DNA from: CrAssphage ZA
Sequence record: MK238400.1
DNA: 40,000 bases
Reading direction: 5' to 3' (one strand)
Numbering within the stretch: position 1 is the first letter of the stretch; every line of letters begins with the position of its first letter. This document shows, one piece after another, positions 7,052 through 15,883 of the stretch. Made by a program: the position numbers and the translations under genes. The notes under the pieces were generated by a model. It had not been told where the DNA came from. It was given only the letters and a program-made list of their open reading frames with translations, and did not search any database.

Positions 7052-8511
7052 TGATTGGTAATCTTAATATTGCTAATAGTAATAGAAAAGATACTAACAT
7101 TAAGTTTACTAAAGACCAAGAAATAGCTGTGCATGAACTTATTGAGTTTCTTGCACAGCCTTGGGATGAGAAGAAATATATTAATGCTCTTTGTGGTGCT
7201 GGAGGTACAGGTAAGACATTTGTTATTAAATATGTTATTAATAATTGTAAATGGTCTGGTGGTGTTATAGGTTGTGCTGCTCCTACACATAAAGCTTGTA
7301 GAGTTCTTAGTAATTCTATTGGTGGAAAAGAAGTTAATACTATTCAATCATTGTTTGGTTTTAGACTTGATGTTAATATTGAAAATTTTGACCCTGAAAA
7401 TCCTGCCTTTAATCCTGTTGGAAAAGATAAACTAGATGGTCTTAAAGTTTTAATTATTGATGAAGCTTCTATGCTTAATGCTAAACTTGTTAAGTATATT
7501 AGTAATAAATGTAAGAAGCTTCAGATTAAAGTTATAATGCTTGGTGATTCTAGTCAGCTTCCACCTGTTAATGAGAAAACTAGTCAAGCTTTTCTTATTG
7601 CTAGTAATACTTATTATCTTAAAGAGGTTGTACGACAAGGAGATAATAATCCTATTAGTAAACTTCTTAAACTTCTTCGAGAAGATATAGATAATAAGAA
7701 TGGATGGAGATTTCTTGATTATATATCTAAAAATAGACAAGATTATAATGAAGAAACTAAAGGATTTTATGTTTGTGGTCAAACTGAATTTTCTGATTTA
7801 ATTGATACTTGTTTTAATGATGAAGAATATACTAAAAATATTGATTTGTATCGTATTATAGCTTATACTAATAGTCGTGTTGCACAATGGAATAACCATG
7901 TAAGACATATGATTATTCAAGATGCTGATAAAAGTCTTATTACTCGTAATGATTTAATAATGAGTTATACTACTGTTGTTAATGTTTTTAATGATATTAT
8001 TATAAATAATAGTGAAGAATATATTGTTAAAGATATTGTTGATACAATTGATAATGATTATGAGTTTAAAGGATTTCTTATTAAGTTTCAAGCTATTCAT
8101 GGTGGTGCTATAACTCAACCTTTATTTGTTATTGACCATTATGATAACTATACATTTCAGATGTATTATAAGAAGTTGACTAGTCTTATTGATGATGCTA
8201 AAAAAGCTAGTAGTTCTGAACGTGGAAGTAAATGGAAACAGTATTTTGATTTTAAACGTAAATATCTTATCGCTTCTAATATTACGAATAGTAATGGTAA
8301 GATTTTATTTAGTAGAGATTTAGATTATGGTTTTGCAATTACTTCTCATAGAGCACAAGGTTCTACTTATAAAAATGTATTTGTAGATATTAACGATATG
8401 ATTTATGATAAATATGGTCATCCTTATACTAATAGAGATGAAATGCTTCGTAGATTGTATGTTGCTTGTTCTCGAGCTAGTAATCAATTAGTATTATCTT
8501 ATGGCAAGTAA
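7051..8511 (+). CDS. RecD/Dda-like superfamily 1 DNA helicase
   Basis: Walker A GAGGTGKT, Walker B VLIIDEAS, GDSSQLPPV, ITSHRAQGSTYKNVFVD and YVACSRASNQLVL motifs. Confidence 0.92.
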   Translation: MIGNLNIANSNRKDTNIKFTKDQEIAVHELIEFLAQPWDEKKYINALCGAGGTGKTFVIKYVINNCKWSGGVIGCAAPTHKACRVLSNSIGGKEVNTIQSLFGFRLDVNIENFDPENPAFNPVGKDKLDGLKVLIIDEASMLNAKLVKYISNKCKKLQIKVIMLGDSSQLPPVNEKTSQAFLIASNTYYLKEVVRQGDNNPISKLLKLLREDIDNKNGWRFLDYISKNRQDYNEETKGFYVCGQTEFSDLIDTCFNDEEYTKNIDLYRIIAYTNSRVAQWNNHVRHMIIQDADKSLITRNDLIMSYTTVVNVFNDIIINNSEEYIVKDIVDTIDNDYEFKGFLIKFQAIHGGAITQPLFVIDHYDNYTFQMYYKKLTSLIDDAKKASSSERGSKWKQYFDFKRKYLIASNITNSNGKILFSRDLDYGFAITSHRAQGSTYKNVFVDINDMIYDKYGHPYTNRDEMLRRLYVACSRASNQLVLSYGK

Positions 8512-9055
8512 AACTGTTGACGAATATCCTGATTGTGAAAGATGCCCAAATCGTATATTTAATACAGGTAAATATATACAAGGTGGTAGAGGAAGTATTC
8601 ATGGAGATGTTGTTTTCCTATTTCCTAGGGGTGATAGAAATTATTGTGAAGATTATCAATTATTTACTGATATTGGTAATCTTTATGATGAATATTCTGG
8701 ACGTAATAATACTGAAGATGTGTATATGACTTATAGTATTAAATGTGCTTGTTCTAATAATTATAATACATATCTTACTGCTATTGATAAATGTCGTAAT
8801 ATTCTATGGAAAGAATTAGCTAGAATTAATTACAAATATCTATTTGTATTTGGTGATGCTTATCTTAGTATTAGTGATAATCCAATTCCTAGATTTATGG
8901 CTACTGGCGGTAAGTATATATTTAATAATTATTCTCCTCTTATTAAATTTAAAGATGATAATCTTTATCATATATTTAAACAGCGTTTTGCTGATGATGT
9001 TAATTGGGTTAATCAAAATAGAAATAACTATGGATTAAATTATATAAATGATTAA
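8501..9055 (+). CDS. Uracil-DNA glycosylase-like protein
   Basis: N-terminal CERCPN, GDVVFLFPRGDRNYCED and C-terminal YKYLFVFGDAYL resemble a divergent family 4-type UDG fold. Confidence 0.55.
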   Translation: MASKTVDEYPDCERCPNRIFNTGKYIQGGRGSIHGDVVFLFPRGDRNYCEDYQLFTDIGNLYDEYSGRNNTEDVYMTYSIKCACSNNYNTYLTAIDKCRNILWKELARINYKYLFVFGDAYLSISDNPIPRFMATGGKYIFNNYSPLIKFKDDNLYHIFKQRFADDVNWVNQNRNNYGLNYIND

Positions 9056-11375
9056 TTGTATAGCTTATGATGTTGAAGTTTTAAGAAATTTCTTTTCTGT
9101 TACTTTTGTTAGTATTAATAGTTATCTTAAAGTATTTAAAGATTGTGTTAATGCTGATAATAAACCTATTCCTTTAGTTCAAAAACTATCTGTTAAAGAA
9201 ATTAAGGCTCGTCTTAAAACTGTTGAAAAACATAGTTTTTATATAACATATACAGATGATAGTCAATTACTTTCTATGATAGATTATATTAATAAGACTA
9301 GATGTTATAAGGATTCTAATGGAACTATTATTCGTACTGACTTGTATGGATTTAATAATTTCAATTATGATAATCTTATGATTGCTGCTTTACTTAGTTT
9401 TTATATGCGTACAAATAGTACGAAAGAACTTATTAATAAGTTATATGAAACTAGTAAAACTATTATTTCTAGTCAAGATGATAAAGATAAATTTAAAACT
9501 GATTTTTATCTTAATAGTCTTAGAAAATATAAACTACCATTTACAGGTGTTGATATAATGCGTATATTTGCTCTTAATAAAGCAAGTGTAGTTGTAGATA
9601 GTAAAACTGGTGAACGTAAACCTGTTCCTAAAGGTTTAAAACAAACTTCAATTAATCTTCAATGGTATGAACTTCTAGAATATGAACTTCCTGATATTAA
9701 TGAAAAAGAAGCTGAACTATATGATGAAATTCCTAATCTTAGATGGATGAGTATTAGTCGGCTTAATAAGCTAGTAGATAAATGGGATAGATTTATTCTT
9801 GATGAATATATTGAACCTATGATGTATTATAATCTTAATGATGTTTTCATTGTAGCTGAAATAGTTCGTCTTTATCCAGAAGAAATTAAATCTCGTTATG
9901 CTATTAGTAAAGCATATGATGTTGATGTTCTTAATTCTAGTCGTAGTAAAACTGCTGATATTCTTTTTGAGAAATTTTATAGTAAATTTAGTGGTCTTAC
10001 TCCCGAACAATGGAAAGGTAAGAAAACTGAAAGAACTGCTATGAGTTTTAAGAAAGTTATTTTTCCTTTTATTAAATTCAAAACTAAACCTATGCAAGAC
10101 TTTCTTGATGAATGTCTTAAAACTACTATTTATAGAGTTAATAAAGATGCGTTTAGTAAAGAAGTTAAAATTGGAAATGTAACTTATACTGTTGCAACTG
10201 GAGGTTTACATAGTCAAGATAATCCTGTTGAACTTTGGAGTAGTGGAAGAGAATTATTTCCATCCTCTACGGGGGGTCAACACGATGTTCTTAATGACGA
10301 TGATTATGTTTATATTCATGCTGATATTAATAGTATGTATCCTAGTATTATTGCTGCTCATAAAGTAGCTCCAGCTCATCTTGATACTAATGCTTTTTGT
10401 AATCTTATTGGTTGGCTTAAAAATAAGAGAGTTGAAGTTAAACACAGCGATGAAGATACTGTTGACGGAATTGATAGAGATACTTTAGCTTTAGTTTTAA
10501 AGATTGTTATTAATTCTGTTTATGGTAAACTTGGATTTGAAAACGGTAATCTTTACGATAGATTAGCTGTACTTAAAACTACTATTAATGGGCAGTTAAT
10601 GATGCTAATGTTGGTTGAGGAATTAGAGTTACACAATATTCATGTGTTAAGTGCTAATACAGATGGTATTGTTATTAAACTTTATAAACGAGATATTGAT
10701 GTTTATAATCGTATTAAAGATGATTGGGAACAAACTACTAAACTTAAGTTTGATACTGATTATTATCATTGTCTTGTTAGTAGAGATATAAATAATTATC
10801 TTAGCCAATTTAGAGTTATTAAAAATGGTGTTCATAAACTTAAGCTTGAATCTAAAGGTGCTCTTAATCCTATGATGTATTCTCTAGATTTAACTAAAGG
10901 TTATTCTATGCCTATTGTTGCTCAAGCTATTGAAAACTATTTTCTTAAGAATAAACCTGTAATGGATACTCTTCAAGAAGCTACTAATATTCTTGACTTT
11001 TGTCTTACTCAAAATGTTGGTAGACAATTTCATGTAGAAGAAACTAAGATTGAAAATGGACAAGTTACTCATGTTATTTGCCAAAGATATGTTCGATTTT
11101 ATGTTTCTAATAGAGGTTATATTATTGAGAAAGTTCATAACGATAATGGTTCTCGTAGTAGAATGGCAGCTGGTTCTGTTGTAACAGTTATTAATAGTCT
11201 TGATGATAAAGATATTTCTCTTAGAGATATTAATTTTAAATTTTATTATCAAGAAGCTATGAAGATTATTAATCCTATTAAACTTAAGATTTCTCCTAAA
11301 GGTAAAGGTAAAAGTAAAATTAAAAAATATAGCGGTATGTATAATTCTATTTTTAATGAAGATGATTTTGGATGA
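9048..11375 (+). CDS. Family B DNA polymerase (775 aa)
   Basis: Exo motifs YDVEVL, GFNNFNYDN, YNLNDV; Pol motif A DINSMYPSI, motif B KIVINSVYGKLG, motif C SANTDGI. Confidence 0.95.
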   Translation: MINCIAYDVEVLRNFFSVTFVSINSYLKVFKDCVNADNKPIPLVQKLSVKEIKARLKTVEKHSFYITYTDDSQLLSMIDYINKTRCYKDSNGTIIRTDLYGFNNFNYDNLMIAALLSFYMRTNSTKELINKLYETSKTIISSQDDKDKFKTDFYLNSLRKYKLPFTGVDIMRIFALNKASVVVDSKTGERKPVPKGLKQTSINLQWYELLEYELPDINEKEAELYDEIPNLRWMSISRLNKLVDKWDRFILDEYIEPMMYYNLNDVFIVAEIVRLYPEEIKSRYAISKAYDVDVLNSSRSKTADILFEKFYSKFSGLTPEQWKGKKTERTAMSFKKVIFPFIKFKTKPMQDFLDECLKTTIYRVNKDAFSKEVKIGNVTYTVATGGLHSQDNPVELWSSGRELFPSSTGGQHDVLNDDDYVYIHADINSMYPSIIAAHKVAPAHLDTNAFCNLIGWLKNKRVEVKHSDEDTVDGIDRDTLALVLKIVINSVYGKLGFENGNLYDRLAVLKTTINGQLMMLMLVEELELHNIHVLSANTDGIVIKLYKRDIDVYNRIKDDWEQTTKLKFDTDYYHCLVSRDINNYLSQFRVIKNGVHKLKLESKGALNPMMYSLDLTKGYSMPIVAQAIENYFLKNKPVMDTLQEATNILDFCLTQNVGRQFHVEETKIENGQVTHVICQRYVRFYVSNRGYIIEKVHNDNGSRSRMAAGSVVTVINSLDDKDISLRDINFKFYYQEAMKIINPIKLKISPKGKGKSKIKKYSGMYNSIFNEDDFG
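10259..10277 (-). repeat. Dispersed GC-rich repeat inside PolB (TCCATCCTCTACGGGGGGT)
   Basis: In frame, read as PSSTGG between WSSGRELF and QHDVLNDDD, just before Pol motif A. Confidence 0.92.
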
Positions 11376-12757
11376 AAAATATAGTTGAAGAATCATATAG
11401 TAAACTTATTAATAAATGGGGTTCTAAAGATTATAAAGGTATTGGAACTATCCATTGTGTTCAACCTCTTGATTATTCTGAAATTATAAGTAGAGTTATT
11501 ACTCTGATGAGGAATAAAAATCCTAATCTTAAAATACTTATTGTTACAGATAATTGGAAAAGAAGAACAGAAATTGTTGATGGTCTTAAAAATCATAATA
11601 TAAATATAGATACTATTAATATTCTTACTCATACTTATGTTAATAGTAGATATAATTATAGTTATGATATTTCTATTGTTGTTGGAGTTAATGAATGGAA
11701 TCTTTCTTGTAATACAGTTTTTAATCATGCTAGATTTAAACTTATGATTATAACTAAAGATGCTATTGATACTGCCAAACTAAAAGAAATTTATACTAAC
11801 ATTCCTCCTATTAATGATAATATAAGTTCTAGTGGTATTAATGCTATGCGGGCTTTACTCCCCGTAGAGGAATACAGAGAGCCAATTTTGTTTGTTAATC
11901 AAGATGATATTGCTAATTACGATAAATATACTGAATTTATTACTCAGACTATTCAAGTATTTGGTAATCTTGATAATATTAAATGTGCTCGAAATGGTAC
12001 TCAAGATGGACGTAGTGCTATTCAATATATTACAGAAATAGCTGAATATAATGGATGGAGTGCTGATATGGATATGACTAATCCTTTTAGTAAACAAATT
12101 GATGAATGTTATAATCCTCTTGTTCTTGCTGAACGAGTTAAGACTTTTTATAATATTGTTCGTGAACGTATGCTTATATGTTCTGATAATGTTTGTAAGC
12201 TAGAAAGAATAGTTGAAATTATTAAAGATAATCCTGATAAACGATTTCTTATTATTAGCAAGAGAGGAGAATATGCTGCTACTGTAACTAAATATATTAA
12301 TGATAAATTAGGTGAAATTTGTGGTGATTACCATGATAAAATTGAGGATAAAGTTCTAGTTGATAGTAATGGTATTCCTATTTTGTATAAGTCTGGAAGC
12401 AAGAAAGGGACTGTTCGTATAATCAAATCTAAGGCTATTTCCACGCTGAATTTGAAGTCTTTTAATGATGGCTTATTAAGAGTATTATCTATAAAAAATA
12501 ATTCAACTGACAGCCTAGAAACAAGCGTAGACGAATGGATTTTAACCTCACCTTTATGTGATACCATAGATGAACTTATTTATCGTTATAATAATGTTAA
12601 TTGTAGTCAATCAAAACTTAAAGTACATAAACTTTATATAGCTGGTACTATTGAGGAAGCAAGTCTTAAAAAGGAAAAGTTATCGGCTAACCATGAAGTT
12701 ATACAGAATGTTAATTCTGATATTAGTGCTCAAAATTTTGATGATATTATTTGCTAG
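11372..12757 (+). CDS. Divergent SF2/SNF2-like helicase protein (461 aa)
   Basis: Position after PolB, paired-lobe organisation (LKILIVTDNWKRRTEIV; KRFLIISKRGEYAATVTKYI) and YIAGTIEEASLKKEKL near the C-terminus; no clear Walker A. Confidence 0.55.
   Translation: MKNIVEESYSKLINKWGSKDYKGIGTIHCVQPLDYSEIISRVITLMRNKNPNLKILIVTDNWKRRTEIVDGLKNHNINIDTINILTHTYVNSRYNYSYDISIVVGVNEWNLSCNTVFNHARFKLMIITKDAIDTAKLKEIYTNIPPINDNISSSGINAMRALLPVEEYREPILFVNQDDIANYDKYTEFITQTIQVFGNLDNIKCARNGTQDGRSAIQYITEIAEYNGWSADMDMTNPFSKQIDECYNPLVLAERVKTFYNIVRERMLICSDNVCKLERIVEIIKDNPDKRFLIISKRGEYAATVTKYINDKLGEICGDYHDKIEDKVLVDSNGIPILYKSGSKKGTVRIIKSKAISTLNLKSFNDGLLRVLSIKNNSTDSLETSVDEWILTSPLCDTIDELIYRYNNVNCSQSKLKVHKLYIAGTIEEASLKKEKLSANHEVIQNVNSDISAQNFDDIIC
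11857..11871 (+). repeat. Dispersed GC-rich repeat, forward, inside the helicase-like ORF
   Basis: ACTCCCCGTAGAGGA, read as LLPVEE. Confidence 0.85.
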
Positions 12758-12809
12758 TATAAATATAATAGTTACATTTGTTGTGTAATCAAAATCGCTC
12801 TTTGATAGA

Positions 12810-13742
12810 ATGGACGAAGATAAAGAAGTTAAAGTTAATGATACTACTGTTGCTGTTAGTAATAGTGGTATTGAAAAACAACATGGTGTTCAACATTCTG
12901 TTGCTCCATATCAGCTTAATTATATGAATGAAGCTGAAATTGCAAGTCTTGAAGTATTTATCAAACGTGTTATGCGTAGTGATAAATGTGGTATTAAGTC
13001 TGTTGAAGATGGTCTTGCTATTGCAATGAGAGCTAAAGACCTTAGACTTCCATTTTCTACTTGCATTGAACATATTCATGTAGTTCAAGGTAAAACAGGT
13101 GTTGATGTTCACATTATTAAGGCATTACTTGTCAAAGGCAGCGTGAGTTGGGAAAAAGTAGATAATTATCGCGCTCTGTACGAATATACAGATGGCTTTA
13201 ATGCTTATGATGAAGATAAACTTCCATCTGACTGTATTAAGTGTCTTACTCCCAAAGAGGCACAAACTAAAAATGCAGAAGATAAAGACCATGAACATAT
13301 ATATGTTTATCCTGTTAAATACTATAAAGATTATAATGGTAATGTATATAAAGAATATCAACTTAATGGTAAGTTTGAAATAGCTACTAATACTGCTGAA
13401 GCTAAACAAATTGCTTCTACTGGTAAAGTTCCTGTTTATAGAATACCTGCTGTTCCTATTGATTATATTACTAGTTATCGTTTTTATCGTAAAATTGGAG
13501 AACGTAATATGGTTGCTACTGGTGAGTTTACTTATAAAGATGCTATTGTTGCTGGATGTTTTGAAAAAGATACTTATAAGAAATATCCTAAAATAATGAT
13601 AAGTCATAGAGCATTTGTTTATGGTGCTCGTGAAATTGCTAATGATTTAATTATGGGCTGTTTAAGCACAGAAGAATTAAAGACTATGCAAGGTATTGAT
13701 TTGAGTAATGAAGATATTATTGATATTACTGAAATTCAATAA
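12810..13742 (+). CDS. Probable RecT/Bet-like single-strand annealing protein
   Basis: EDGLAIAMRAKDLRLPFSTCIEHIHVVQGKTGVDVHIIKALLVKGSVSWEK region resembles phage recombination/annealing proteins; replication-module context. Confidence 0.5.
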   Translation: MDEDKEVKVNDTTVAVSNSGIEKQHGVQHSVAPYQLNYMNEAEIASLEVFIKRVMRSDKCGIKSVEDGLAIAMRAKDLRLPFSTCIEHIHVVQGKTGVDVHIIKALLVKGSVSWEKVDNYRALYEYTDGFNAYDEDKLPSDCIKCLTPKEAQTKNAEDKDHEHIYVYPVKYYKDYNGNVYKEYQLNGKFEIATNTAEAKQIASTGKVPVYRIPAVPIDYITSYRFYRKIGERNMVATGEFTYKDAIVAGCFEKDTYKKYPKIMISHRAFVYGAREIANDLIMGCLSTEELKTMQGIDLSNEDIIDITEIQ

Positions 13743-13820
13743 CATAAACAAACTAGAGAAATTATTATTAAATAAAACAGTCGTATGACTGATATTATTC
13801 ACTTTTAAATTACAAAAATT

Positions 13821-14648
13821 ATGAAAGACTTTAAGAAAGGTTTGAGTTTTGGTATGGGTATTGTTAATGCTGGTCAAAGAGCAGTTAGTGAAGAACCTGA
13901 ATTGGTAGTTGTTTCTACTCCCGGTAGTTTCCGTATGACCGCCCAAGTTTCTAAAGCTCTCGGCATTGCTCATGGTGAATATGTAATGTTCATTAATAAC
14001 TGTGCAAATATTGATAATGCTATTATCAATAAAGTACCCGAAGTTGTTGCTTTCTGTGAAGAACAAGGTTTGGATATTGATTCTCCCGAAGCTGCTATGG
14101 CTGTTCATGCTGAATTTGATATTTGGGCTTTGGCTAAAGGTATTGCTGAATTAGACAAGAATGGTAATCCTTGTACTACTCGTGTTCGTATGACTAAGAA
14201 TGATAAAGTTAAGTATGTTAATACTTACTTCCAAGAAACTCTTGAAGGTGCTTTATCTTCTTCTAATGAAGAACTTAAAGCTGCTCTTACACGTGAAGGT
14301 ATTACAGAAGATGAACAAAAAGAACTTTTGATTAGTTGTATTCAAGGTGATGAAGTTGTTAAAGTTAAAGGTTCTAAATGTGCTAATACTGCTGCTTTGT
14401 CTGGTATTGGTGTAACTCTTAACTTTACTGATTCTAATGTTTGGAAACAGTTGAAAGCTAATATGACTGATGAAGAAGCTACTTCTAAAAATCGTGTTTA
14501 TACAGTAGATATTGATAACTTGCAAGAAGCTGTTGTTAATAACGGTCATAAAGATATTGTTGTTAAGATTGCAATGCTTACCGAATATAAAGATGAAGAA
14601 CCTATTCGTATCGGTAAGAAAGCTGAAGAAGAAAAAACTGCTAAATAA
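13821..14648 (+). CDS. Conserved-looking phage protein of unknown function (275 aa)
   Basis: Intact ORF between the annealing-protein and SSB-like genes; unusually C-ending codons (CCC, GCC, CTC, GAC). Confidence 0.8.
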   Translation: MKDFKKGLSFGMGIVNAGQRAVSEEPELVVVSTPGSFRMTAQVSKALGIAHGEYVMFINNCANIDNAIINKVPEVVAFCEEQGLDIDSPEAAMAVHAEFDIWALAKGIAELDKNGNPCTTRVRMTKNDKVKYVNTYFQETLEGALSSSNEELKAALTREGITEDEQKELLISCIQGDEVVKVKGSKCANTAALSGIGVTLNFTDSNVWKQLKANMTDEEATSKNRVYTVDIDNLQEAVVNNGHKDIVVKIAMLTEYKDEEPIRIGKKAEEEKTAK

Positions 14649-14685
14649 TCAAATCTTCGTCCTAGAAATATAGTATCTTGAACAT

Positions 14686-14728
14686 AGAGCTGCATTGTTA
14701 GTATTGCTAATAGTGCAGCTCTTATTTT
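14686..14728 (+). terminator. Strong hairpin, intrinsic terminator or attenuator before the SSB-like gene
   Basis: AGAGCTGCATTGTTAG-TATTG-CTAATAGTGCAGCTCT, 16-bp stem with two G.U, followed by TATTTT. Confidence 0.7.
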
Positions 14729-14757
14729 ATCTAATAATTCTTTTAATTACTTTAATT

Positions 14758-15777
14758 ATGTCGACAGAAAAAGAAATTAAGAATGAAGCTACTGTTGTAG
14801 CAAGTGCTGAACAAACTGCTAATGCAGAAGTACAAACTCCTAAAAAACGTAGAGGTAGAGGTATTAATAACGATTTACGTGATGTAACTCGTAAAAAGTT
14901 TGATGAACGTACTGATTGTAATAAAGCTAATGGCTTGTTTATTGGTCATCTTGAAGATGTTAAAGTTGATTGGGCTACACTGAAAGATGATGTTCAAGGT
15001 ATGCCTTCATTTGCTGGTATGAGTATTCCTTATCTTACATTTACTTTTGCTAGTAATCATGAAAATATCAATGAACGTCGTTATGTAACTCAACGCCTTC
15101 TTCCTGCTGAAAGTAATGTTGAAACTATTCCTGGCGGTAAAGGTGCTTGGAAAGTTGATAACATTTTCCGCTTTATGAAACATATATATAATGTATTTGT
15201 TCTTAAAGGTCGTGATTTAACAGAAGAAGAAATTGATGCTCTTACTTTACCTTTTGAAGATTTTGATGAAAATATGCAGTATGTACCTGTTGAAGCTGAA
15301 GAAGTTATAGCTGGTTATAAGACTGTGTTTGAAAATTATGTTAAGTTACTTAACAATAATGGTAAACCTGTTTATAATGATGCTAAAGGTAAACCTATTA
15401 CTATTTGGATGAAGCTTCTTCGTTTCGTTAAGAATGATGGTAAATGGCGTGCTGTTGTTGGAAGTAAATCTTCATTTGGTGATTTAGGATTTCCTACATT
15501 TATCAATGATGGAGTTATTGAACTTTATAAAGAACAATCTGCTCCTAGTTTGCATATCGACCCTTATAAAGAAAGTATTGTTTATCAAAAATCTGCCGAA
15601 CAAGCTAAACAGCCAAATGTTGCTATGCCTGGTGTTGGTGTAATGCCCGGTGTTCAAACTGCTGCTCCTATAAATCCTGTTAGTGGATTTAATGGCGGTG
15701 GAGATTTTAGTCCATTTGGTGGTGGTAATGATGCTGCTGGTGCTTTTGTTAATCCAACAGAAGATTTGCCATTTTAA
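14758..15777 (+). CDS. SSB-like / ssDNA-binding protein candidate
   Basis: ATG at 14758 (MSTEKEIKNE...); supplied ORF's TTG start at 14695 lies inside the hairpin. Gly/Pro-rich linker and C-terminal acidic tip NPTEDLPF. Confidence 0.6.
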   Translation: MSTEKEIKNEATVVASAEQTANAEVQTPKKRRGRGINNDLRDVTRKKFDERTDCNKANGLFIGHLEDVKVDWATLKDDVQGMPSFAGMSIPYLTFTFASNHENINERRYVTQRLLPAESNVETIPGGKGAWKVDNIFRFMKHIYNVFVLKGRDLTEEEIDALTLPFEDFDENMQYVPVEAEEVIAGYKTVFENYVKLLNNNGKPVYNDAKGKPITIWMKLLRFVKNDGKWRAVVGSKSSFGDLGFPTFINDGVIELYKEQSAPSLHIDPYKESIVYQKSAEQAKQPNVAMPGVGVMPGVQTAAPINPVSGFNGGGDFSPFGGGNDAAGAFVNPTEDLPF

Positions 15778-15809
15778 AAAATTAAAGTTAGTTAAATAGT
15801 TGTATGTAA

Positions 15810-15849
15810 GAGGATTGGGTACTATTTTAGTACCTAGTCCTCTTTTTTT
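15810..15849 (+). terminator. Intrinsic terminator
   Basis: GAGGATTGGGTACT...AGTACCTAGTCCTC, 14-bp stem with two G.U, followed by TTTTTTT. Confidence 0.9.
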
Positions 15850-15883
15850 ATATGTTCACGATAAAGGTCAAATTAGAAATATT

